Source of the DNA: a virus | Taxonomy: Duplodnaviria; Caudoviricetes | Strand: one strand, 5' to 3' | Virus record (IMG/VR): IMGVR_UViG_3300002460_000038 | Span: 1-55,813 of that record | DNA length: 55,813 bases | Shown: positions 8,841 through 16,407 of the stretch, in pieces | How the letters are laid out: each line of letters opens with the position of its first letter | Position numbering within the stretch: the first letter of the stretch is position 1 | The notes under the pieces: model-generated | The model's input: only the letters and a program-made list of their open reading frames with translations | The model's database searches: none | Told to the model about the DNA's origin: nothing | Position numbers and translations under genes: made by a program

Positions 8841-9254
8841 ATGCGCGAAACGGTCGAGATAGTGAGGCAGTGGTTCGCCGCGTATGAACCGACCGCCTTT
8901 GTGCTCGTGGGCCTGTACATCGCGCTCTGCGCCACCGCGCTGCAGCTCTTTCGGCGCGTCGACGCGAGCCTACGCGAAGGAGAGACCGATGGGTATGCCG
9001 ATCCTGCGCGCCCGCGTCAGCTCGTTGAGAACGCGCCTGCGACAGGCGTGCTGCGGGCTGACGAACGGACACGACGCACTCCTGCACTTCGAGACCGGCC
9101 GTCTGTGCATGCGGTGCACGAGCTGCGGCCACGAGACGCCGGGATGGGATCTCGTCGGCTCTCGTTCCGAGGCGGTGACGACAGCGGCTACACCGGCACA
9201 CGGCTGGTCGCTGCGCCGGAGCGCGTGACATCACGGCCGCCAGGGGCGGCCTAA
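8841..9254 (+). CDS. hypothetical membrane protein (C-terminal part doubtful)
   Basis: RBS ggaga; hydrophobic AFVLVGLYIALCATALQLF; overlaps the next gene. Confidence 0.45.
   Translation: MRETVEIVRQWFAAYEPTAFVLVGLYIALCATALQLFRRVDASLREGETDGYADPARPRQLVENAPATGVLRADERTRRTPALRDRPSVHAVHELRPRDAGMGSRRLSFRGGDDSGYTGTRLVAAPERVTSRPPGAA
8989..9228 (+). CDS. small Zn-binding hypothetical protein
   Basis: RBS aggag; CCGLTNGHD...CMRCTSCGHETPGW. Confidence 0.65.
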   Translation: MGMPILRARVSSLRTRLRQACCGLTNGHDALLHFETGRLCMRCTSCGHETPGWDLVGSRSEAVTTAATPAHGWSLRRSA

Positions 9255-9303
9255 CGAGGCCGGGCGCATGTCGCGCCCAATGGCAGAAGCGAGGAAGCGG
9301 CAC

Positions 9304-9444
9304 ATGAACGAGGAACAGCAGAACGCGGCAGCAGAGGAAAGCCTGAACACGCCGGTCGGCGAACCGACGGTTGAACCGAATCCTGGAACGACGGAGCCAG
9401 CCGAGGATCAGGCGGGCGAGACATTGCCCACCGAAGGCGACTAG
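9304..9444 (+). CDS. 46-aa highly acidic peptide
   Basis: MNEEQQNAAAEESL...TEGD*; gagg upstream; below the ORF-track cut-off. Confidence 0.55.
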   Translation: MNEEQQNAAAEESLNTPVGEPTVEPNPGTTEPAEDQAGETLPTEGD

Positions 9445-9567
9445 CGATTTACCACACGCGACACGCTGCGGCGCGAAGGGCTGATGTCGAGCACGACCCC
9501 TTCGTGAAAGTGAGTGTGACAGCCGGGAGAGACCGGCACTTTAGATCGAACCGCTACAGAAGGAACG

Positions 9568-9945
9568 GTGACCGACATGCAGCAGGGTGTAACGCTCGAC
9601 ACGCTTGGCGGGGGCGCGCTCTCCGAACTGTTTACAGCGGAGTTGAACCGCGTGCTGGCCAACATCGCGGACCCGAACACGGACGAGAAGGCCAAACGGT
9701 CCATTTCCATCAACGTCACGTTGAAACCGAATCGTGACCGCGACATCGCCGATGTCGAGCTGACGTGCACGTCGAAGCTCGCCGGCATCGTGAAGGTCTC
9801 CACGCAGCTCTTTATGTGGCGGCAGGGAGGCAAGTTGATTGCCGTCGAGAACGACCCGCGGCAATCGAATCTCTTCGACCCGCCGAAACCGGCTGCTGCG
9901 ACCGGCACCGTCTCGGCCTTTCCGACGAAAGACGGTGAGCAGTGA
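9568..9945 (+). CDS. conserved phage protein (often annotated 'replication terminator protein')
   Basis: LDTLGGGALSELF..EL.RVLANIADPNT..KAKRSI. Confidence 0.75.
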   Translation: MTDMQQGVTLDTLGGGALSELFTAELNRVLANIADPNTDEKAKRSISINVTLKPNRDRDIADVELTCTSKLAGIVKVSTQLFMWRQGGKLIAVENDPRQSNLFDPPKPAAATGTVSAFPTKDGEQ

Positions 9946-10691
9946 TGGACGGTGAGGCAGTTCGAGAACTGCGGGACGGCTTTCGGAGCCCGCAAACAAT
10001 ACAGCCCGGTGACGACGGGTTCATCGCGCGTCCTGATGATTGGGCGCTCGTTGATCCGAAGTCACTTATCGCCCCCGGGCCAACCGCTGAGGCGCTGAAG
10101 GTCTATACCCTCGCCGCCGTCCGCGACTACGTCGTGGCCAACCGCGACGGCGTGGCGCTCGAGAAGACCGTCATTCACGTCGTCAGCCCGCAGATCGTGC
10201 GCCTCAGTGGGCCGCTCCAGGAGCGGGCCCGTAACCGAGAGACGTACGTCGAGGCGACCGCTCAGAACCTCACCGACGGATTCCTCGGCAAGTTCATGGC
10301 GCTCGACGAGTTCATCGTCGGGCTGATGACGCGGTTCGTGAACACCGACGAGCTCAAAGCTGTCCTGCGGCTGTTCGGTACCGTCAAGCACGAAGGCGTG
10401 AAAACGCTCGCCGACGATGGAATCACCCAGACCGTCACGGCAAAGGCGGGCATCGCGCTCGTCAGTGAGGCGCAGGTTCCAAATCCCGTCACGCTGAGGC
10501 CCTTCCGCACCTTCCGTGAAGTCGAGCAGCCAGCGTCGCTCTTTGTGCTTCGCGTCAATGGCGCGAGCACGGGGACCGTGACGGCTGGCCTGTTCGAGGC
10601 GGACGGCGTCGCGTGGCGCATCGACGCAGTCGAGCGCATCGCCCGCTGGTTGCGCGTCGAGGCGCTGTCGACAGTCGCCATCCTGGCGTAA
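9942..10691 (+). CDS. conserved phage protein, usual partner of the upstream gene
   Basis: PNPVTLRPFRTFREVEQPASLFVLR..LFEADG.AW. Confidence 0.75.
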   Translation: MMDGEAVRELRDGFRSPQTIQPGDDGFIARPDDWALVDPKSLIAPGPTAEALKVYTLAAVRDYVVANRDGVALEKTVIHVVSPQIVRLSGPLQERARNRETYVEATAQNLTDGFLGKFMALDEFIVGLMTRFVNTDELKAVLRLFGTVKHEGVKTLADDGITQTVTAKAGIALVSEAQVPNPVTLRPFRTFREVEQPASLFVLRVNGASTGTVTAGLFEADGVAWRIDAVERIARWLRVEALSTVAILA

Positions 10692-10757
10692 CGGGGTTTC
10701 ATCGAGATGCGGGTCCGTAGCGGCGCGTTCGGAACAGAGGCCGGTCGTGGGGGTCGT

Positions 10758-11744
10758 GTGTCACGGCCCCGCCCGCACCGCATTCCAGAGAGCGCCGTGC
10801 AGCGGCACATCGTCGCCCTGATCAGGAACGTCGGCGGCGAAGTGTGGGAAGCCGGCACCAAGCGTTCACGGAAGGACCACCACATGGGCACGCGGCAGAC
10901 GCCCGGCATTCCCGACGTGATGGCGTTCCTGCCGCCACGTACGCGCCAGCGGTGGGTGCTGCTGTTCGTCGAGGCGAAGGCCAGTGGTGGCCGTCTGCGG
11001 CCGGAACAGGCGCGGTTCCGCGAGCTGTGTCAGTGGGCGGACGTCGCGCACGTCGTAGGGGACCTCGACGCGGTCATCGCGTGGATGCTCGACGAGGGAT
11101 ATCTCAAGCGCGACCAGGTCGCGCACTACCGTCTCGACGGCGTCGACCCCACCGCGCGCCATAAGGATGACTTCTATCGCACGCCCGCGTGGATGACACG
11201 TGCGCTCCTGCGCCGTCGGCCGCTGGAGGATTGGGGCGGCCGCCACGTCGAACCGTGTGCCGGCGACGGCGCCATTGTCAGCGCGCTGGATCCTCGGCTC
11301 GACATCCTGACGAACGACATTGTCGAGCGCGGGACATTCGTGCCCGAGTTCCTGCTCGACGCCACGCAGCCCGAGACGTGGCGCGCATTCGCGCGCACCG
11401 GACGACTCGACGTCGTGCTGACGAACCCTCCGTTCGACGTCACGTTCGAGATCGCGCAGCTCGCCCTGGAGGCCGCCAGCATCGGCCTGGTGCTGTTGCA
11501 GCGCATCACGTGGATTGAGCCGACCGACGACCGCGGTCCGTGGCTGGCCGAGCATCCGCCGACGCGCATCATCGTGCTCCCGCGCTGGAACTTTCGCAGT
11601 CTCGACGGGAAGGGCCAGCAGGACTCGGCGCCGCCGGCGTGGTTCCTGTGGGCGAAGGAACCGTGGTTCTGCGAGCCTGGGAATGAGGTTGTCACCAAGG
11701 CGGAGCGCGACGAGCTGGTCGCCCTGGACCGGAGGCACAGATGA
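10758..11744 (+). CDS. VRR-NUC-type nuclease fused to an amino-(N6A/N4C) DNA methyltransferase
   Basis: PGIPDV..FVEAK..GRLRPEQ; DDFYRTP, EPCAGDG, TNPPF. Confidence 0.8.
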   Translation: MSRPRPHRIPESAVQRHIVALIRNVGGEVWEAGTKRSRKDHHMGTRQTPGIPDVMAFLPPRTRQRWVLLFVEAKASGGRLRPEQARFRELCQWADVAHVVGDLDAVIAWMLDEGYLKRDQVAHYRLDGVDPTARHKDDFYRTPAWMTRALLRRRPLEDWGGRHVEPCAGDGAIVSALDPRLDILTNDIVERGTFVPEFLLDATQPETWRAFARTGRLDVVLTNPPFDVTFEIAQLALEAASIGLVLLQRITWIEPTDDRGPWLAEHPPTRIIVLPRWNFRSLDGKGQQDSAPPAWFLWAKEPWFCEPGNEVVTKAERDELVALDRRHR

Positions 11745-12562
11745 ACGTCGAACCGCTCCCCCCTGGTGAGACCGGCACCGAGCTCCACGGCGCCGACGCG
11801 ATCGCGGCGCTCGATGACGCGCTGCAGGCCATCACGCATCCCCTGACGAAGCGGGCGGTGCGGATGCGCGGCTATTGCCAGAAATTCGGCGGTGATTACA
11901 CGCTACCCGGGCCATCTGGAGAACACCTTGTTGGGATGGCACCGCTGTCAAACGTGTGGCTCGGCGTCTCCGTGGAGGACCAGAAGCACGCGGACGAGCG
12001 GATCCCGCTGCTGCTGCAGACACCGGCGGCGGTGCGGTTCATCAGCGCGGAGCCGTTGCTGGGGGCGCTAGACCTTTCCAATTTTCTGATTGCCGGTGAC
12101 TCCGACAACCCCAGAAGGGCTCTGAACACTCACGGACAGACGGGGACGTGCCTTGAGCACGGGTCGCAGCTCTCAAGCGGCAAAGGCCACGCCGGTATAA
12201 GTCCACAGGCCTCCGGGCAACGCGACCAGGGAGCGGAACGGCCGGCAGTCAGAAAACTCGATTGGGTGATCCACGCCGGCAAGTCTCGCGAATGGCTCGA
12301 CCCTGACGACGTGCGCGAATACCCTGGCATGGCGTTCGGCGCCGTTATCGCCGTGGCGCAGCTCGTCGGCTGCGTGAATGTGGAGAACCTGCCTGAACGC
12401 TTTCGAGGCCACGAGCACGCGCTCGGGCCGTTCTGCTGGTTGCTGGCAAATATCCGTCGGTTGCCGCATCCCATCACTGTCAACGGCGCTCAAGGGTTGT
12501 GGTCTCCGGCGCCAAGCCTTCTACGCGACGTGCAGGCACAACTGGAGGTCGTCGGTGCGTGA
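11741..12562 (+). CDS. chimeric DUF5131 (Gp37/Gp68) C-terminal part plus ASCH/PUA-like C-terminal part
   Basis: NVWLGVSVEDQ..DERIPLL..RFISAEPLLG..LDWVI joined to IHAGK..FGAVIAVAQL..GPFCW..GAQGLW. Confidence 0.7.
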   Translation: MNVEPLPPGETGTELHGADAIAALDDALQAITHPLTKRAVRMRGYCQKFGGDYTLPGPSGEHLVGMAPLSNVWLGVSVEDQKHADERIPLLLQTPAAVRFISAEPLLGALDLSNFLIAGDSDNPRRALNTHGQTGTCLEHGSQLSSGKGHAGISPQASGQRDQGAERPAVRKLDWVIHAGKSREWLDPDDVREYPGMAFGAVIAVAQLVGCVNVENLPERFRGHEHALGPFCWLLANIRRLPHPITVNGAQGLWSPAPSLLRDVQAQLEVVGA

Positions 12563-13394
12563 ACAGTATGGCGTGCTGTTCCCGCGCTTCTGGGAAGGCA
12601 CCACCGGCCGTCAGTTGCAGGAGAAGGGCCGCGATGCGGTCATCCTCGCCGCGTACCTCGCGAGCTGCCGGCACGCAAACATGATCGGCCTCTATGAATT
12701 GCCGCTCGTGTTCCTCGAGCGCGAGCTGTCAGTGCTTCGGTCGCGGGCTCACATCCTGAAGGCATTCCACGCGCTGCAGGAGGTCTCCTACGCGACGTAC
12801 GACATGGGGACCGAGCACGTGTGGGTCCGGGAGATGGCTCGCATCAGGCTCGGCCTGGAGCCGGCGGAGACCATCAACCAGGGCGACAACAAGCACAAGG
12901 CGGTGGTGAAGCTCTACGTGTCCGCGAAGAGCAACCCGTTCCTGGCGCCGTTCTTCGATCGCTATCACGCGACGTTGCGGCTCGCGGATGGCAGAATCGG
13001 GCCGCCACTTCAACAGGTTATTCACAGCTTGCAAGGGACTCAGAAGGGGCTTAGTAGCGGCTCGAAAGGGGCTCGTAAGCCAGTACAGGTACAAGTACAT
13101 CAATCAGTACAAGTTCAAGGATCAGGTACCCAGAAACATCAACAAGAAAAAGCTGCGGCTGCGCCGCCGCTCGCGTCCGTTGAGCACGAGAACCCTGATG
13201 CGAACGTGGAAGTCATCACGGCGATCGTCGCGAAGGACCTGATCCCGCTCGGCGTCCCCGAAGACGACCTTATTGAAGCCACGAAAAGCCGGTGCGCGAC
13301 GATGCACGTCGCCTACGACAGCAGCACCGTTCGCAAGGCCGTGGACTCCGCACTGTTTCGGGCGGGACTACGACGCCGTCAGGAGACCGCGTGA
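12555..13394 (+). CDS. phage replication initiator-like protein
   Basis: RBS ggagg; FW.G.TGR.L..YLASCRHANMIGLY.LP N-terminal domain; Q-rich linker. Confidence 0.7.
   Translation: MREQYGVLFPRFWEGTTGRQLQEKGRDAVILAAYLASCRHANMIGLYELPLVFLERELSVLRSRAHILKAFHALQEVSYATYDMGTEHVWVREMARIRLGLEPAETINQGDNKHKAVVKLYVSAKSNPFLAPFFDRYHATLRLADGRIGPPLQQVIHSLQGTQKGLSSGSKGARKPVQVQVHQSVQVQGSGTQKHQQEKAAAAPPLASVEHENPDANVEVITAIVAKDLIPLGVPEDDLIEATKSRCATMHVAYDSSTVRKAVDSALFRAGLRRRQETA
13010..13150. other. candidate replication origin inside the initiator gene
   Basis: Locally A-rich; repeated (a/g)gtaca and aaggggct units; position like lambda ori within O. Confidence 0.45.
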
Positions 13395-13651
13395 CGGCGC
13401 GGCGCCATTCGCGCTCGTCGGTGTCGCGGAAGTGGTCGCAGGTCCGCGTCGGGCTGGTGTGCGATGAAGGCGGCCATCAGATTGAGGCTGGCGCCTGGGC
13501 GATGTTCACGCGAGCGAGCTGGCGTCAGACCGTGCTGTGCGAGACACACGCGTTGGAGCATGGCGGGTTCAAGCCGCCCAATTCGTCGTTCGGGTTCCAC
13601 GCGGAGCCAGGTGAGGACGTGCGCGCGCGTCAGGTGGGAGGCGACGAGTGA
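13391..13651 (+). CDS. hypothetical protein
   Basis: RBS aggag; GTGA overlaps at both ends. Confidence 0.6.
   Translation: MTARRHSRSSVSRKWSQVRVGLVCDEGGHQIEAGAWAMFTRASWRQTVLCETHALEHGGFKPPNSSFGFHAEPGEDVRARQVGGDE
13474..13530. repeat. 57-bp segment duplicated at 16284-16340
   Basis: ccatcagattgaggctggcgcctgggcgatgttcacgcgagcgagctggcgtcagac identical at both sites. Confidence 0.95.
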
Positions 13652-13875
13652 TGGAGCACACGAGCGTCATCTGCCGGGCCTGCCCGAAGGCCCTTACACG
13701 CGAGCAGGTGCGGCGGGGCTGTCGGGCGTGCTCCCGCGCCTGTGGGGGCAAGCGGTTTCGACCGTTCGCGCCGCGCCGGTGCAAGGTGTGCCCGCACCAG
13801 CTCGAAGAGCGGAACTATCTCGGCGGCAAATTGAAGGGAATTATATACTTGACTCCCGTGGCTGATTTGACGTAG
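13648..13875 (+). pseudogene. Zn-finger gene truncated by the 36-bp copy and the IS end
   Basis: CxxC repeats, then LEERNYLGGKLK (copied from 52366) and TIR-derived residues. Confidence 0.6.
13800..13835. repeat. 36-bp segment duplicated from 52366-52401
   Basis: gctcgaagagcggaactatctcggcggcaaattgaa identical at both sites. Confidence 0.95.
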
Positions 13876-13884
13876 AATCGTCTC

Positions 13885-14814
13885 ATGTCCAAGAGCACCA
13901 TATCGACATTTCAACTATTCGAGCGGTTCCCGAATGCCGAGTCGGCGCGGGTCTACCTCGAAAAGCGCCTGTGGCCCGCTGGTGTCGTCTGCCCGGTCTG
14001 TAAGGCTGGTGAGCGCATCACGACGCGGAAGGGCGGGTACTACCGCTGCAACGCCTGTAACGAGGACTTCACGGTCAGGACGGGGACCATCTTCGAGCGG
14101 TCGCACGTTCCGCTGCACAAGTGGCTGTACGCGATGTATCTGCTCGTCACAGCGCGCAAGGGCATCAGCAGCTTGCAGCTTGCCAAGGAAATCGGCGTGA
14201 CGCAAAAGACGGCATGGTTCCTGCTCCATCGGCTGCGCGAAGCCTGCGGCGGGCGCAACCTGAAGAAGCTGCGCGGCATCGTGGAGATTGACGAGTGCTT
14301 CGTCGGCGGGCTCGAAGGGAACAAGCACGCGCACAAGAAGCTGCACGCTGGACGCGGGCCAGTCGGCAAAACGGCCGTGCTCGGGATGCGGGAACGCGGC
14401 GGGCGCACGGTTGCCAAGCCGTCGCAGCAGATGACCTTCGACGAACTGCACGGCGAGATTCACGCGAACGTCGAGCCCGGTTCCACGCTCTACACGGACG
14501 ACCACGCGATTTTCGAGGGGTTGGACGGCCTGTTCTTCCAGCACGACACCATCAACCACACCATCGGCGAGTACGCGCGCGGGCCGGTCAGCACGAACAG
14601 TATCGAAAGCGTCTGGGCCGTCCTGAAGCGCGGGATTCTCGGCGTCTATCACCACACCAGCCCGAAGCATTTGGCCCGCTACGTGGATGAATTTACGTTC
14701 CGGCTGAACGAAGGGAACGTCAAGGTTCACACGCTGGACCGGCTGGATTCGTTCGTGGATGGCGTCGTCGGCAAGCGCCTGACCTATGCGGGGTTGACCG
14801 AATGCCAAAACTGA
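13885..14814 (+). CDS. IS1595-family DDE transposase
   Basis: Zn ribbon CPVC..CNAC; FTVRTGTIFE.SH; VEIDE, YTDD, NSIESVW, YVDEFTFR. Confidence 0.95.
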   Translation: MSKSTISTFQLFERFPNAESARVYLEKRLWPAGVVCPVCKAGERITTRKGGYYRCNACNEDFTVRTGTIFERSHVPLHKWLYAMYLLVTARKGISSLQLAKEIGVTQKTAWFLLHRLREACGGRNLKKLRGIVEIDECFVGGLEGNKHAHKKLHAGRGPVGKTAVLGMRERGGRTVAKPSQQMTFDELHGEIHANVEPGSTLYTDDHAIFEGLDGLFFQHDTINHTIGEYARGPVSTNSIESVWAVLKRGILGVYHHTSPKHLARYVDEFTFRLNEGNVKVHTLDRLDSFVDGVVGKRLTYAGLTECQN

Positions 14815-14933
14815 AGCAACTGAAGGCGCTGGACGCCGTGGCAGACATCGTGCTTGCGTATCGACCGAAAGCGAAATCGAAACCCGCACGACGACGGAAA
14901 CGGCGAGCCGCGAAGATTGCGAAAGTGAAATGA
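14802..14933 (+). CDS. 43-aa basic peptide within the IS
   Basis: MPKLKQLKALDAVADIVLAYRPKAKSKPARRRKRR...; fills the gap between transposase and MTase. Confidence 0.6.
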   Translation: MPKLKQLKALDAVADIVLAYRPKAKSKPARRRKRRAAKIAKVK

Positions 14934-14934
14934 C

Positions 14935-16242
14935 ATGCTGACCGTTGGCAGCTTGTTCGCTGGAATTGGCGGGTTTGACTTGGGCTTCGAGCGCAACGGT
15001 TTCGAGGTTCGATGGCAAGCCGAGCAGGACAAGAAGGCCCAGGCCGTGCTCTCTGCTCGGTTCCCAACAGCGCGCCTGTATGACGACGTGCGAACTGTCG
15101 GAGCGGCGACCGTTGAACGGGTAGACGTGATCTGCGGCGGGTTTCCGTGTCAGGACGTGAGCGTGGCCGGTCAGCGCAAAGGACTCGGCGGCGAGCGAAC
15201 GGGGTTGTTCTGGGAAGCAGTCAGGATTATCGATGAACTCAAACCGACATGGGCAGTCCTCGAAAACGTACCAGGGCTCCTTAGTTCTCACGGCGGGCGA
15301 GACTTTCACACCGTCCTGTCGGCACTGGCCGACCTCGGGTTTCGACGGGCCTACCGGATTTTGGACAGCCGATATTTCGGAGTCGCCCAACGTCGGCGCC
15401 GCGTGTTCATTGTCCTCTGTGCTCGAAGACTCGGTGATGGTGCCGAAACGGTTCTTTTTGAGTCCGAGAGCGGCGGCGGGGATTCTCAGACGGGCGCAGA
15501 AACGCGGGCGCGTGTTGCCGCCACACTTAGAGGCCGCTCTCACGGCATTGGCGTCAACATGGAAGACCCCTACATCACGTACGCGATCGGCTCCCACGCG
15601 GGCGCGGCGGACGGCGACCAAACGAACCGGAGCCATGCCAGCGGCGGGCCTGTCGGAATGAACATCAGCGAGGAAGTCGGCTATTCGTTGCGGGCAGGGC
15701 GAACGCAGAGCATTGCCTACACGCTCCGAGACAACGGCCGGAACACCAGCCAAGGGCCGGGTAACTACGTGAGCGCACTCTGCCCGGTTGGTGGCGGACC
15801 TGATGATAACGACGCTCAGGCGGGCCATTTGATCGTCCCAGAGAGAGAGCGCGCGCTTGTCGGCTCGATGCACAAACGGCACGACGACGACACGGACACG
15901 CTGATTCCGACCCTGAGCGCCAGTCTGGGGCATCACGGCCATAGCTCCCCGCGCGGCGACGGCAATGATCCGCTGGTCGCATTCGCGCTCAGGGCGGACC
16001 CCGGAGGCACAGGGCAGGCCCACAACACGACATATCCCGGCGGCGTGCGTCGGTTGACCCCGCTCGAATGCGAACGGCTACAGGGCTTCCCGGACGGTTG
16101 GACGTGCCTGTGTGGCGAAGGGTATCGAGGGTCGAGTTTCTGCACTTGTTCAGACTCCCCGCGGTATCGGCAGTTAGGAAACGCGGTTACGGTCAACGTC
16201 GCCGAGTGGATCGCGCAGCGCGTCCTCGAAGCGGACAGGTGA
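14935..16242 (+). CDS. DNA (cytosine-5) methyltransferase
   Basis: SLFAGIGG, GGFPCQD, ENVPG, QRRRRVF, RRLTPLECERLQGF, YRQLGNAV. Confidence 0.95.
   Translation: MLTVGSLFAGIGGFDLGFERNGFEVRWQAEQDKKAQAVLSARFPTARLYDDVRTVGAATVERVDVICGGFPCQDVSVAGQRKGLGGERTGLFWEAVRIIDELKPTWAVLENVPGLLSSHGGRDFHTVLSALADLGFRRAYRILDSRYFGVAQRRRRVFIVLCARRLGDGAETVLFESESGGGDSQTGAETRARVAATLRGRSHGIGVNMEDPYITYAIGSHAGAADGDQTNRSHASGGPVGMNISEEVGYSLRAGRTQSIAYTLRDNGRNTSQGPGNYVSALCPVGGGPDDNDAQAGHLIVPERERALVGSMHKRHDDDTDTLIPTLSASLGHHGHSSPRGDGNDPLVAFALRADPGGTGQAHNTTYPGGVRRLTPLECERLQGFPDGWTCLCGEGYRGSSFCTCSDSPRYRQLGNAVTVNVAEWIAQRVLEADR
15233..15661 (+). CDS. overlapping alternative-frame ORF within the MTase (M.EcoHK31I beta-like)
   Basis: SESPNVGAACSLSSVLE...KRFFLSPRAAAGILRRAQKRGRVLP..LEAAL. 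Confidence 0.6.
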   Translation: MNSNRHGQSSKTYQGSLVLTAGETFTPSCRHWPTSGFDGPTGFWTADISESPNVGAACSLSSVLEDSVMVPKRFFLSPRAAAGILRRAQKRGRVLPPHLEAALTALASTWKTPTSRTRSAPTRARRTATKRTGAMPAAGLSE

Positions 16243-16407
16243 ATATGTGCCATACTACGCGAGGGAGTCATGTATATAATTCCCCATCAGATTGAGGCTG
16301 GCGCCTGGGCGATGTTCACGCGAGCGAGCTGGCGTCAGACTGGCAACCGCCGAGCGGCAGCGACAGTCGAGCCGCCGGCTCCGCCTTCAACCCGACCGAG
16401 ATCCTGC

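Larger units (their letters stand above)
13836..16284 (+). mobile_element. IS1595-family element with a passenger C5 DNA methyltransferase
   Basis: 22-bp TIRs gggaattatatacttgactccc (13836-13857) and gggagtcatgtatataattccc (16263-16284), 1 mismatch; no target-site duplication. Confidence 0.9.

Noticed and set aside
9481-9510. Hammerhead ribozyme (ctgatg...gaaa)
   Set aside because: Core reads CTGATGT rather than CTGANGA, and the stems do not fit
13800-13857. 36-bp self-matching segment next to a 22-bp palindromic-ended unit as a mini-CRISPR
   Set aside because: The 22-mers are inverted IS ends, not direct repeats; no array or cas genes
16270-16407. N-terminal extension of Mod
   Set aside because: Built partly from the IS end and the duplicated 57 bp; ATG 16408 is more plausible
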